A stretch of 64,000 bases of DNA from Bacteroidia bacterium (GTDB taxonomy: Bacteria; Bacteroidota; Bacteroidia; SXHM01), in NCBI GenBank assembly GCA_050186075.1, contig JBFWYU010000006.1, positions 77,291 through 141,290 on the forward strand, read 5' to 3'. Positions 49,069 to 57,155 of the stretch are shown in pieces. The notes beneath the pieces were generated by a model, which made no database searches, was not told where the DNA came from, and saw nothing but the letters and a program-made list of their open reading frames with translations. Position 1 is the first letter of the stretch, and each line of letters starts with the position of its first letter. Made by a program: the position numbers and the translations under genes.

Positions 49069-51135
49069 CTATTGCCCGCCCGGGTGATACACTTTCTCTG
49101 CGTTTTGTTTTATTTTTTCCCAGTCAAAGGTCATGGTTTTGAATTGTTCTTTGCTGAACAGTTCCATCTGGTCGGTATAGTGTTTGCTTTGCGGATGCGA
49201 AGATGCACCGTAGGCATTTACCGAATTTATTTCCACTCCGGTTTTTGAATATTTATTTACCTGAATGTAGCCATCGCCAGCGGTTACGCGCCAGATGCCT
49301 TTTTTCTTGTCAAACAGTTTGGAGTCGGTTGCGCGCGATACTTCGCGCAATCCGCTGGCGGCAAAACTTGCGTTGCCGCGAATCATGCGTTGAATATCGC
49401 CCAGCTTTATATCAATGGTTCCGTATTTGCGCAGCATAAATTTGCGGGTGTGGCGAAGCGCATTCACCAGTTCGGTTTCGTGAAGCGGTTCTTTTTTAAT
49501 CATCAGAAATGCAAAGGGTACTTTCCATTCTTTCATCAGTTTTTCGTGCATAATCATAGCTACTGCCGCCTCTTTATTTTCTGTTTCACCGCTGCGGTTC
49601 CATTGTTTCAGTTTTTGAATTACATCGGCTATGTCGGGATATTTTTTTTCGTCTAATTCAAATGCTGTTGTAAAATTGCGGGCATAGCTTCCGCTTTGCG
49701 AATAGCTTTTATCGAACTTGATGCGAAGAAAATCCTGCCATGTAAATTTTCCATTTACTTCTGCGAGCAACTCAGCAAAGCGCTCGCCCCTGTTGTAGTT
49801 AAACTGCTGAATGCCGATAAAACTTCCGGGCCATGCACACTCTTTACCGCTGACTGAATATTGCGTTTGATTGCAGCTGAAGAGGTAGCCGCAGCTTGGG
49901 TTTAGCAGTGATGGTTTGCGCTCATAGGGCACTAAGGAATTCCATTTGTAGTTAGAGGTGTTGGCCGTAATGGGTGTATTCCAGTTGAGGGTTGAATCGC
50001 GGAGGGGAACCTGCCCACCGCTCTGGTAAAAGATAGTGCCGTCAACATCGGCATAGGTAATGTTGAACAGGGGAATGGCTTCCATTTTTAAGGCGGTTTC
50101 AAATTCCTGAAAGTTGCTTGCCTTGTTCATGCGAAACCATTGTTCGGTGGCGCGCAAATCCATTGCTCCGGGGAAACGAATGGCATACCATCCGTGCTTT
50201 GACTGAAACACAGGGCCATATTCGCAGGTGCGGATCTTTTTAGTAATGCCGATTTTACCAATTCCTGTTTTTATTTTCAGGTGTGCTTTTTTGGTTTTAA
50301 ATGTTTGCCATTTTCCGTCATACAGGTATTTATTGCCTTTGTGTTTCAGTTTATAGATGTCGCCAAAGGTGTGGTAGTTGGTGGTGTGTGCCCATCCTAA
50401 CTTCTGGTTGCTGCCTACAAATATGGTAGTGCCACCGGGAAAAAGGCCTCCTATAATATCCCAGCCTTCATCGCTTTTGATGTGTGCCTCGTACCAGGCA
50501 AAGCGCCCTTCAATGGGTTGATGCGAGTTGATGAGCAGCCATGCTTTGCCATCGTTGGTGCGCGTGGGTGCTATGGCCATGGAATTAGAGCCCACCTCGT
50601 TGGGCTGATGCAATAATTGAATGTGATTGTCTTTAATGGATTTGAGTGCCATGCCCGCACCTGCAAAAAGGGTAAGTGTAAGCGTTGAGCCTTTTACCAT
50701 ATCGGTGGCTTTAAAGGGCAATGCTTTTTTAAGCAACACTTCATCGGGGTGCTGGGCTGCATAATCGTTTACGCCCTGGGTGTAGCCTTCCAGCACTTTT
50801 TTAAAATCAGAGGAAATAACGCGCTCGTAATTATTATCAACTAAGGTGTCGATTCCAAAAAACTGCAGACCAAAATCAAACAACACACCTTCTTTGCCGA
50901 GCACCTGACCTAACATGCCTTTTGCGACAAGCAGGTTTTGCTGTATGCTTTTAAAGTCGTCTTCGCAATGGGCGTAGGCTAAACCGTAGGCAGCTTCGGC
51001 ATCGGTGTGGCCATAGATGTGGGGCACTCCGAAACTGTCGCGGGCTATGGTAATGTTGGCAGGGTTTATCTGTGCACTGAGCCCGGGAGCAAAAACAAGG
51101 AATAGAAGAGAAAGGAGTAATTGGCGTTTTTTCAT
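49069..51135 (-). CDS. penicillin acylase family (Ntn-hydrolase, peptidase S45; possible AHL acylase) - paralog 2
   Basis: Signal peptide. N-terminal RDSFGVPHIYGHTDAEAAYGLAYAHCEDD aligns by eye with 33476..35575 at roughly half identity. Confidence 0.75.
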   Translation of the reverse strand: MKKRQLLLSLLFLVFAPGLSAQINPANITIARDSFGVPHIYGHTDAEAAYGLAYAHCEDDFKSIQQNLLVAKGMLGQVLGKEGVLFDFGLQFFGIDTLVDNNYERVISSDFKKVLEGYTQGVNDYAAQHPDEVLLKKALPFKATDMVKGSTLTLTLFAGAGMALKSIKDNHIQLLHQPNEVGSNSMAIAPTRTNDGKAWLLINSHQPIEGRFAWYEAHIKSDEGWDIIGGLFPGGTTIFVGSNQKLGWAHTTNYHTFGDIYKLKHKGNKYLYDGKWQTFKTKKAHLKIKTGIGKIGITKKIRTCEYGPVFQSKHGWYAIRFPGAMDLRATEQWFRMNKASNFQEFETALKMEAIPLFNITYADVDGTIFYQSGGQVPLRDSTLNWNTPITANTSNYKWNSLVPYERKPSLLNPSCGYLFSCNQTQYSVSGKECAWPGSFIGIQQFNYNRGERFAELLAEVNGKFTWQDFLRIKFDKSYSQSGSYARNFTTAFELDEKKYPDIADVIQKLKQWNRSGETENKEAAVAMIMHEKLMKEWKVPFAFLMIKKEPLHETELVNALRHTRKFMLRKYGTIDIKLGDIQRMIRGNASFAASGLREVSRATDSKLFDKKKGIWRVTAGDGYIQVNKYSKTGVEINSVNAYGASSHPQSKHYTDQMELFSKEQFKTMTFDWEKIKQNAEKVYHPGGQ

Positions 51136-51329
51136 AAACTGTTTATGCAGGTAATGGTGTGCAAAGAAAAGGGAATATGTTTATAAAGTCAAAAGGGAAA
51201 AATGGCAAAAGTCAGAAGTGAGGTTGGGGAAGGCAATATCGAATAATGAATGTAGAATAGCGAATGATAAAGTTGGAAGTTTAAAGAGTGCCATATAATG
51301 CAGCAGTAGCCGGGTGCTGCGCAAGGGGC

Positions 51330-51632
51330 TTATTTTAAATTCCGTTCTTTCAGGAGTTTTTCAAGGTCTTTGTTTCTTTTATTTTTAGGATCATTAACCA
51401 TTTTGTAAATAAAATACAATGGAATTAATGTAAGCATTCCCCAGGTGTTTTTAACAATACTGAAAAGTACAATGCCCGCTAAAAATCCAAGAAACAAAGC
51501 ATTAGTAATGGAAAATGATTTCATCTTTTTTGCTTCTTCTATTAATTCCTGGTCTGTTAATTCTGAAAGGTCTTTGTTTGCCATTATTTTTTTTCTTTTG
51601 GGTAGGTGCTGTTGTGCGTTCGTATTTTTCAA
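51330..51632 (-). CDS. small two-TM membrane protein, hypothetical
   Basis: 100-aa ORF with a hydrophobic core FLGFLAGIVLFSIV...MLTLIPLYFIY. 4-nt overlap with the upstream sensor-domain gene. The true start may be the internal MANKD. Confidence 0.35.
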   Translation of the reverse strand: MKNTNAQQHLPKRKKIMANKDLSELTDQELIEEAKKMKSFSITNALFLGFLAGIVLFSIVKNTWGMLTLIPLYFIYKMVNDPKNKRNKDLEKLLKERNLK

Positions 51633-52735
51633 AATTGCTTTTCAAACGTCTTTCCGTTAAACTTATATATGTTTCCGTCTGCCATACCAAACCATAATTC
51701 ACCTTTATTATCTTCAAAAATGGATAGGGCATTGTCATTGGTAAGTCCATCTTTCCTGGTGTAATTAGTCATCTTTACACCATCATATTTCCAAATTCCC
51801 GCATCTCTGTCTCCAAACCAGATATTACCTTTTCCATCTTCTGCAATGGTGAAAATGTGTTCGAGCGTGCCGGGCATTGATTTATCACCTTTTCTTCCGC
51901 TTGACGGGTGAATTAAGTTATTTTTTTCAGAAAAATTAATGATTGAATCACCCTCCTTCAGTAATACGCCTATTCCGTTATTACCAATCCAAAGCCGGCC
52001 TTTTGAGTCTTCGAAAATACTTCTGATGTGCAGCGGTGCAATAGTTCTGTCGAAGCCTAAGGTTTCATCATTGATGATTGCAAATTCGTTTCCGTTATAG
52101 CCAAAAACACCTGCGTAAGTAGCAAACCAAATCATATTGTTTTTTCCTTTAGCAATGCCGGTTACAGCAAATAAATTATCGTAATGATTAAGGACTTTAT
52201 GGGGTGGAAATGCTAAATAACTTAATTTTTGTCCATCGTATCTGTAAACTCCTTCTTTAATTCCAGCTTCAAACCAAAGGTCGTTATCTGATTTCATCCA
52301 TTGACCTTGCAATGGTTCATTGCTCTGAATAGGTAATTTAGTTTGTAATTTTTCTATGCCTGCTTTGGTGTGATTCACAATTTTTACCCCATCATAACTG
52401 CTCAGTCCCTGTTGAGTATTAAACCAAATAACACCTTCTTTGTCTTCCTGTATGTTGTGAATTTGATTGTCTGTCAATCCGTCATTACTATTATAGTAAG
52501 TGAATGATTTACCGTTGTAAACTGCAACTCCTTCCTGAAGACTTCCAAACCAATAATTGCCTTTACTGTCCTGAAAGATAGCACGTATTCCGGAAGTAAA
52601 TTTTAAGGTGTCGGCTTTTGAAGTCCTTACCAATTCAGATTTATTAACTTCTTTCTCGGTTGATTGCTTTTCACCGCACGAAAAGTTAAGTGTCAACAGG
52701 AGTATCAGGTAAATCAATTTTAATTTTTTGTTCAT
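51629..52735 (-). CDS. stand-alone two-component-regulator propeller (Reg_prop) ligand-binding sensor-domain lipoprotein
   Basis: Lipoprotein signal LILLLTLNFSCG. Repeated Reg_prop-type blades (GxxWFGTxxGVxxYNG, IWFNTQQGLSSYDG, LWIGNNGIGV, IWFGDRDAGIWKYDG, LWFGMADGNIYKF). No kinase domain. Start placed at the internal Met (the ORF extends to 52831). Confidence 0.6.
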   Translation of the reverse strand: MNKKLKLIYLILLLTLNFSCGEKQSTEKEVNKSELVRTSKADTLKFTSGIRAIFQDSKGNYWFGSLQEGVAVYNGKSFTYYNSNDGLTDNQIHNIQEDKEGVIWFNTQQGLSSYDGVKIVNHTKAGIEKLQTKLPIQSNEPLQGQWMKSDNDLWFEAGIKEGVYRYDGQKLSYLAFPPHKVLNHYDNLFAVTGIAKGKNNMIWFATYAGVFGYNGNEFAIINDETLGFDRTIAPLHIRSIFEDSKGRLWIGNNGIGVLLKEGDSIINFSEKNNLIHPSSGRKGDKSMPGTLEHIFTIAEDGKGNIWFGDRDAGIWKYDGVKMTNYTRKDGLTNDNALSIFEDNKGELWFGMADGNIYKFNGKTFEKQF

Positions 52736-52839
52736 TTCCGGTTTTCGAATATGACGCAGAACGTTTATTATGCAAAACAAACTTACCAAAACTTTCACTT
52801 TTTCATATTCATCCCATAGTATCCCGCACATTTTTCTCC

Positions 52840-53230
52840 GCTAAGAATCACTTTGAATCTAATGCTATAGCTTTTACACCATAAGAATCATTCTGAATCT
52901 AAGGCTATAACTTTTACAGCGTAAGAATCATTTTGAATCTAGGGCTATAACTTTTACACGTCCCCATTCATTTTGAATCTGAGGCTATTAAACTTATAGC
53001 CTTCGAGTCAATAATCAACTTAAGGCTGTAAAACTTATAGCGTTAAGTTGCATTTAGAATCCGATGCTGTAAGTTTTACAGCGTGTTTTTCAATATGTAA
53101 TTTTTTACTGTAATTTTTACACAGCAAGAATCAAATGGATTCTCAGCCTAGTAAAAGTTATAGCGTGAGATTCAAAAATTTTGGGATGCTATAAGTTTTA
53201 TAGCCTTAGATTCGGTTTATAAATCTCTGT
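52840..53230. repeat. complex ~40-bp tandem/inverted repeat region built from two motifs, ATT(C/T)TGAATCT and GGCTATAA(C/G)TTTTACAGCG, in both orientations
   Basis: Three clean head-to-tail copies (taagaatcat.ctgaatcta.ggctataacttttacagcg) are followed by about five further copies of the motifs in mixed orientation (e.g. ggctgtaaaacttatagcg, gatgctgtaagttttacagcg, gatgctataagttttatagcc). It occupies most of the 555-bp divergent intergenic region between 51629..52735 (-) and 53291..53740 (+). Confidence 0.75.
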
Positions 53231-53262
53231 TTTTATTTATCCTCAACTCTGTTTATTAATAC

Positions 53263-53270
53263 TACCTTTG
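53263..53270 (+). promoter_or_regulatory. -7 promoter box TACCTTTG upstream of the HGQPGH-repeat lipoprotein gene
   Basis: Exact TAnnTTTG match ~21 bp upstream of the ATG at 53291. Confidence 0.4.
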
Positions 53271-53290
53271 AAATCACAAACACAACACAA

Positions 53291-53740
53291 ATGAAAGGAT
53301 ACATTACAGCACTTTGCGCAGGCTCATTATTATTTTTCTCGTGCGCTAATGAACAGGAACCCGCAACTGACAAAACCGAAAGCACTACGCAGGGCGCAGC
53401 GCAAACCACTGCACCAACGGCAATGCCTCCGGCTACATCACCTGCTTTTAATCCCGGTCAGCAAACTGCAACACCGCAATCATCAGCACCCGTTGCAGCG
53501 GGCATGAACCCCGAACACGGGCAACCCGGCCACCGTTGCGATATTGCTGTAGGCGCACCGCTTAACTCGCCACCTGCTGCACAACCATCGGTAACTACCG
53601 CACCTGCTATTAATACACAGCCGGCAACGCAAGCGCCCGTAGCTACACCACCTACAGCCACTGCTCCGGGAATGAATCCTCCGCACGGACAACCGGGACA
53701 CGATTGTGCCGTTGCCGTAGGTGCTCCGTTAAATAAATAG
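53291..53740 (+). CDS. P/A/T/Q-rich lipoprotein with two copies of a (M)NPxHGQPGHxCxxAVGAPLN motif
   Basis: Lipoprotein signal ALCAGSLLFFSCANEQ. Two near-identical 21-aa blocks, GMNPEHGQPGHRCDIAVGAPLNS and GMNPPHGQPGHDCAVAVGAPLNK, separated by a Pro/Ala/Thr/Gln-rich linker. Confidence 0.55.
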   Translation: MKGYITALCAGSLLFFSCANEQEPATDKTESTTQGAAQTTAPTAMPPATSPAFNPGQQTATPQSSAPVAAGMNPEHGQPGHRCDIAVGAPLNSPPAAQPSVTTAPAINTQPATQAPVATPPTATAPGMNPPHGQPGHDCAVAVGAPLNK

Positions 53741-53754
53741 TAGCGTTTAGTTTT

Positions 53755-53950
53755 TTACCAACCTGAGTTGGGAATAAGAAAACGGTCAATAACAGGTCGC
53801 TCCTATGGAGCTGATTACGCTATTGTATGTTCATTTTCTACAAACAGGTCGCCTCTGAAGAGGCTTTGTTAAGCCCCGGAGGGGCTACCTGTTTGTAGCA
53901 ACAGGAATAAGCATACCGATTTTAGCTCCGTAGGAGCGACCTTATCTCTA
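53755..53950. repeat. nested inverted-repeat element: a 19-bp outer IR enclosing a 12-bp inner IR plus two short GC hairpins. Possible MITE or structured RNA.
   Basis: Outer arms aggtcgctcctatggagct (53793..53811) and agctccgtaggagcgacct (53923..53941), 18/19 complementary. Inner arms ctacaaacaggt (53838..) and acctgtttgtag (53887..). Hairpins gcctctgaagaggc and gccccggaggggc lie between them. A ccaacctgagttgg palindrome is at 53757. Confidence 0.6.
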
Positions 53951-53959
53951 ATCGCAAAC

Positions 53960-54196
53960 TCAGGGTACTAATTTAAGATATAGCTTTTCTACTTTTTCCC
54001 TCGCCCAGGGCGTGCGTCTTAAAAATTTAAGACTCGAGTTCAGCGATGGATTGGAGATAAAACATTTTATCCTCACACGTTCGCCCAGTTCTTCCCAGCC
54101 ATATTCTTCCACCAGACGTTCCAGTATGGTCTGCAATGTTATGCCATGCAGTGGATTATTGGGTTGCGGGTTGGCGGGTGTGTTGTTAGTATCCAT
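53960..54196 (-). CDS. DUF2132 (VF530-like) small protein
   Basis: 78 aa with ...[57 protein letters not shown], matching the conserved DUF2132 core as recalled. Confidence 0.5.
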   Translation of the reverse strand: MDTNNTPANPQPNNPLHGITLQTILERLVEEYGWEELGERVRIKCFISNPSLNSSLKFLRRTPWAREKVEKLYLKLVP

Positions 54197-54202
54197 ATCG
54201 CT

Positions 54203-54592
54203 TTACTTCAGGCGTTCTAAAACGCCTTTGCGTTTCACAATGTTTTTATAATCCCATTGAATATCGCGTGCTTTTTTCAGCCAGCGTTTCAGGTCCTTGG
54301 TGTTTACCTGGTCGGCAGAAGTGTAGCGCATTTCGGCTGCTTTAAAACTGCCTTCGTTTTTCAATCCTGCTTCGTCAAACGATTGTCCGCTCCAGAATAA
54401 TAAGCGTACCGCGTGTTTCAGTTTATGGTAGCCCGCAATCGGGTTTCCGTCCAGAAACCAAACCGGATGTGCATGCCATATCTTATTCTCGGCTTCGGGC
54501 AATGCCTTGCTGATTTCCTGCTCCAGTAAATCGCAGATGACTTTGTCTTCCGCTGCCTGTTTGTTGTTATAGGCTTGAATGTCTTTGTTCAT
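54203..54592 (-). CDS. DUF1801 (YdhG-like) domain protein
   Basis: Pattern ...ALPEAENKIWHAHPVWFLDGNPIAGYHKLKHAVRLLFW is typical of DUF1801. Start placed at the internal MNKDIQ (the ORF extends to 54613). Confidence 0.45.
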   Translation of the reverse strand: MNKDIQAYNNKQAAEDKVICDLLEQEISKALPEAENKIWHAHPVWFLDGNPIAGYHKLKHAVRLLFWSGQSFDEAGLKNEGSFKAAEMRYTSADQVNTKDLKRWLKKARDIQWDYKNIVKRKGVLERLK

Positions 54593-54599
54593 TTTCACG

Positions 54600-57155
54600 T
54601 TACTGAATAACAATCTTCCTGCTGAATTTTTCTTCGCCTGCGTTGATGCTTACCAGATAAACCCCGCCCGGCAAAGCTGCACGGTTAAGGTTTATGCGTT
54701 GAGCACCATAAAGTTTTCCTTTGTCTTCAGTGAAAACTTTTTGTCCTTTTATATCATATACATCCATTGTAACACTGCACATTTGTTCAAGGCTGAATGA
54801 AAGCGTTGTTGCCTCCGAAAAAGGATTGGGGAATATTTCCAGTTTTTGTAGCAACGTGTTTTCAGCCACCGAAACCAGAGGCTCATCGGTAATACCAAAA
54901 TCCCATGTTCCGCGTCCGTAGGTGCCAAAGCGCACCACATTTAATGAGGGAATATAATCAACGCTGGTATAATTCTGGTCGGGAGCGGTTACGCCTGCCA
55001 TATCAAACCATTCCTGCGTATTGAAATTATAACAATATGGTCCTACATCGGTTGCTGCAAACAGCAACAATTCGGTTGACGAAAGTTTTAAATCATTGAA
55101 CGATGTTTGCGGAATGTTATTGTCAATCGGTGAAAAAGTTTGTCCGTGATTTTCGGAAATAAATACACCGGCATTGCTGTAGCCGCTGCCACCAATAATT
55201 ACCCGGCCTAAATGTGTAGGCGAAGGAATAATCACATTCCCGCGAAAGTCGGGTACGTTAAATGTGTTGGACAAAGTCCATGTTTGTCCTTCGTCATCGG
55301 AATAAAAAAAGCGTCCGCGGTTGGTAAGTACATAGCGGTAGTTCCAGTCAATAGGTGAGTAGGCAACTGCCGTAATTTCATTGGTATTGTTGATGCTGAA
55401 ATTGTAAGGCAGTCGCTCGGCCTCCACATCACCGCTTAGGTGTTGCAGGTGCCAGAGGTATTGTCCGTTTACTGCTGAATCACCACCACCGGTGTAGGCA
55501 TAATTGTAATCATAAGGGTCGGCCATCATGGGCGCCATCCATTGCCATCCATCGCCCACAAAATCCCAGAAAGCAGAAAAATCACCAACATCAGCCGCCT
55601 CGGGATAATACATAGCAAAGCCGGGATAAACCGTCCACAGGCTGTTTCCGTCATCGCCCGAAACAATGCTGCCGTAGTCACCGCTGATACTTTGTTTAAA
55701 ACCTAATACTCCGCCCGAATCAACTCTGCATTTCTGAAAGCCCTGATCCTGGCTCCCCATGTATATGTAATTGGTGTTGGTGCGGTTGGTGTAGGTAGAA
55801 TAAAATTGTCCGGTGCGCATACCGTGTAGCGTAATGTTTTCAACCTGGTCCATTTGATTGTATGATTTATAAAGTCCGCCATCGGTTGAAATCATCGTTA
55901 CCTCGTTGCCGAGTGTATCATAGAATAAATCAATTCCGTCAATATCGGCATGAAGCGCATAACGTATATTGCCGTAATACTCATACCACTCGTTGCGCGG
56001 AAACCATCCTGCACCGGCATCGCCCGTAATGTGGAAGTTTACGGCACCAAAGTATAAACGATCAACATCGTTTAGCGAACATGCAAAACTGTTGCGTCCC
56101 CACAAACCGGCAGGTTCATCACCGGTATAATTCCAGTTCAATCCGCTGTTATCGCTGCGGTAAACCGCACCACCTGAAAGAACAGCAAGCTTTGCTGTTC
56201 CGTTGTTTTCTTCCAAACCTGTAATTACCGCCTCACCTCCCGAACTGCCGATGTCGGCTACAAACACAGGTTGTCCTGCATTGTCTAATTTATAAAAGTC
56301 GGCATCGTTAATCAGATAAACATTTCCGCTTGTGCCGTAGCGTGCAGTCCATATATCGGTATTGCCCGCCCATCCCGAATAGGAGGTAATGCGCGTAAAA
56401 CTCTCGCCCATATCATCCGAGCGATACAAAGCTGCAACGGGTTCCCATGCCGGGCCGTAATCCCATTCCAGCACTAAGGTGTAAAATAATTTGGGTTCAG
56501 TTGAAGTAACCACCACGCGAACAACATTACCCCAGTCAATCAGGCTTTCCAGACCTGTTGCGGTTTCCCACGTAAGGCCATCGTTGTCGCTGTAATAAAA
56601 ATATTTTCCTCCTGCCATGTAAAGGCGGTTTCCGTTTTGCAGTTCAAGGTGGCGAACAAAAATAATTTCGTTGCTCATGTAATCGTTCAGCGGTTGCCAG
56701 TCATCACCATCCAATGTACCCTTCCATAAAACTCCACCCGATGAGCCTGCATAAACAGCATTGGTTTCAAAATCAATATCGCAGGTGTGCATGCGGCCTG
56801 CAATATTGGTGCTGCCGCGCTCGCGCCATTCGCCTGTAAGCGAACCGTTACCCAGCACTTCTAAAATCTTTTCGTTTGATTTCAGTTGTCCTTTTTTGTA
56901 AAGTTCTTTGCGCAGCTGATTTCTGCTTTCTGCTCTTTCTTTGCGTGTTCTTTCGTCCATCGCTTTCCAGTCAACACCTTCGGCAGCGCCATGTTTTTTC
57001 TCCCACCATTCCTTGCGTCTTTGTTTCATTTCATCGTTCTCTTCAACTTCTGCCGGGGCAGGATGTTTTTTTGCGTCAGAGAAATATAACAAGCCACCCG
57101 CTGAAATAAGAATAAAGAAAAAGGCTGTACTGAAAAGTTGTGTTTTGTTCATCAT
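54600..57155 (-). CDS. secreted BNR/Asp-box repeat (sialidase/xyloglucanase-like beta-propeller) protein with T9SS type-A C-terminal sorting domain
   Basis: Signal/anchor. Multiple Asp-box repeats (SDNDGLTW, SDDMGESF, SDNSGLNW, SDDEGQTW, SENHGQTF). C-terminus LEIFPNPFSEATTLSFSL...GGVYLVSINAGEEKFSRKIVIQ matches the T9SS CTD pattern. 4-nt overlap with bshA. Confidence 0.65.
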   Translation of the reverse strand: MMNKTQLFSTAFFFILISAGGLLYFSDAKKHPAPAEVEENDEMKQRRKEWWEKKHGAAEGVDWKAMDERTRKERAESRNQLRKELYKKGQLKSNEKILEVLGNGSLTGEWRERGSTNIAGRMHTCDIDFETNAVYAGSSGGVLWKGTLDGDDWQPLNDYMSNEIIFVRHLELQNGNRLYMAGGKYFYYSDNDGLTWETATGLESLIDWGNVVRVVVTSTEPKLFYTLVLEWDYGPAWEPVAALYRSDDMGESFTRITSYSGWAGNTDIWTARYGTSGNVYLINDADFYKLDNAGQPVFVADIGSSGGEAVITGLEENNGTAKLAVLSGGAVYRSDNSGLNWNYTGDEPAGLWGRNSFACSLNDVDRLYFGAVNFHITGDAGAGWFPRNEWYEYYGNIRYALHADIDGIDLFYDTLGNEVTMISTDGGLYKSYNQMDQVENITLHGMRTGQFYSTYTNRTNTNYIYMGSQDQGFQKCRVDSGGVLGFKQSISGDYGSIVSGDDGNSLWTVYPGFAMYYPEAADVGDFSAFWDFVGDGWQWMAPMMADPYDYNYAYTGGGDSAVNGQYLWHLQHLSGDVEAERLPYNFSINNTNEITAVAYSPIDWNYRYVLTNRGRFFYSDDEGQTWTLSNTFNVPDFRGNVIIPSPTHLGRVIIGGSGYSNAGVFISENHGQTFSPIDNNIPQTSFNDLKLSSTELLLFAATDVGPYCYNFNTQEWFDMAGVTAPDQNYTSVDYIPSLNVVRFGTYGRGTWDFGITDEPLVSVAENTLLQKLEIFPNPFSEATTLSFSLEQMCSVTMDVYDIKGQKVFTEDKGKLYGAQRINLNRAALPGGVYLVSINAGEEKFSRKIVIQ

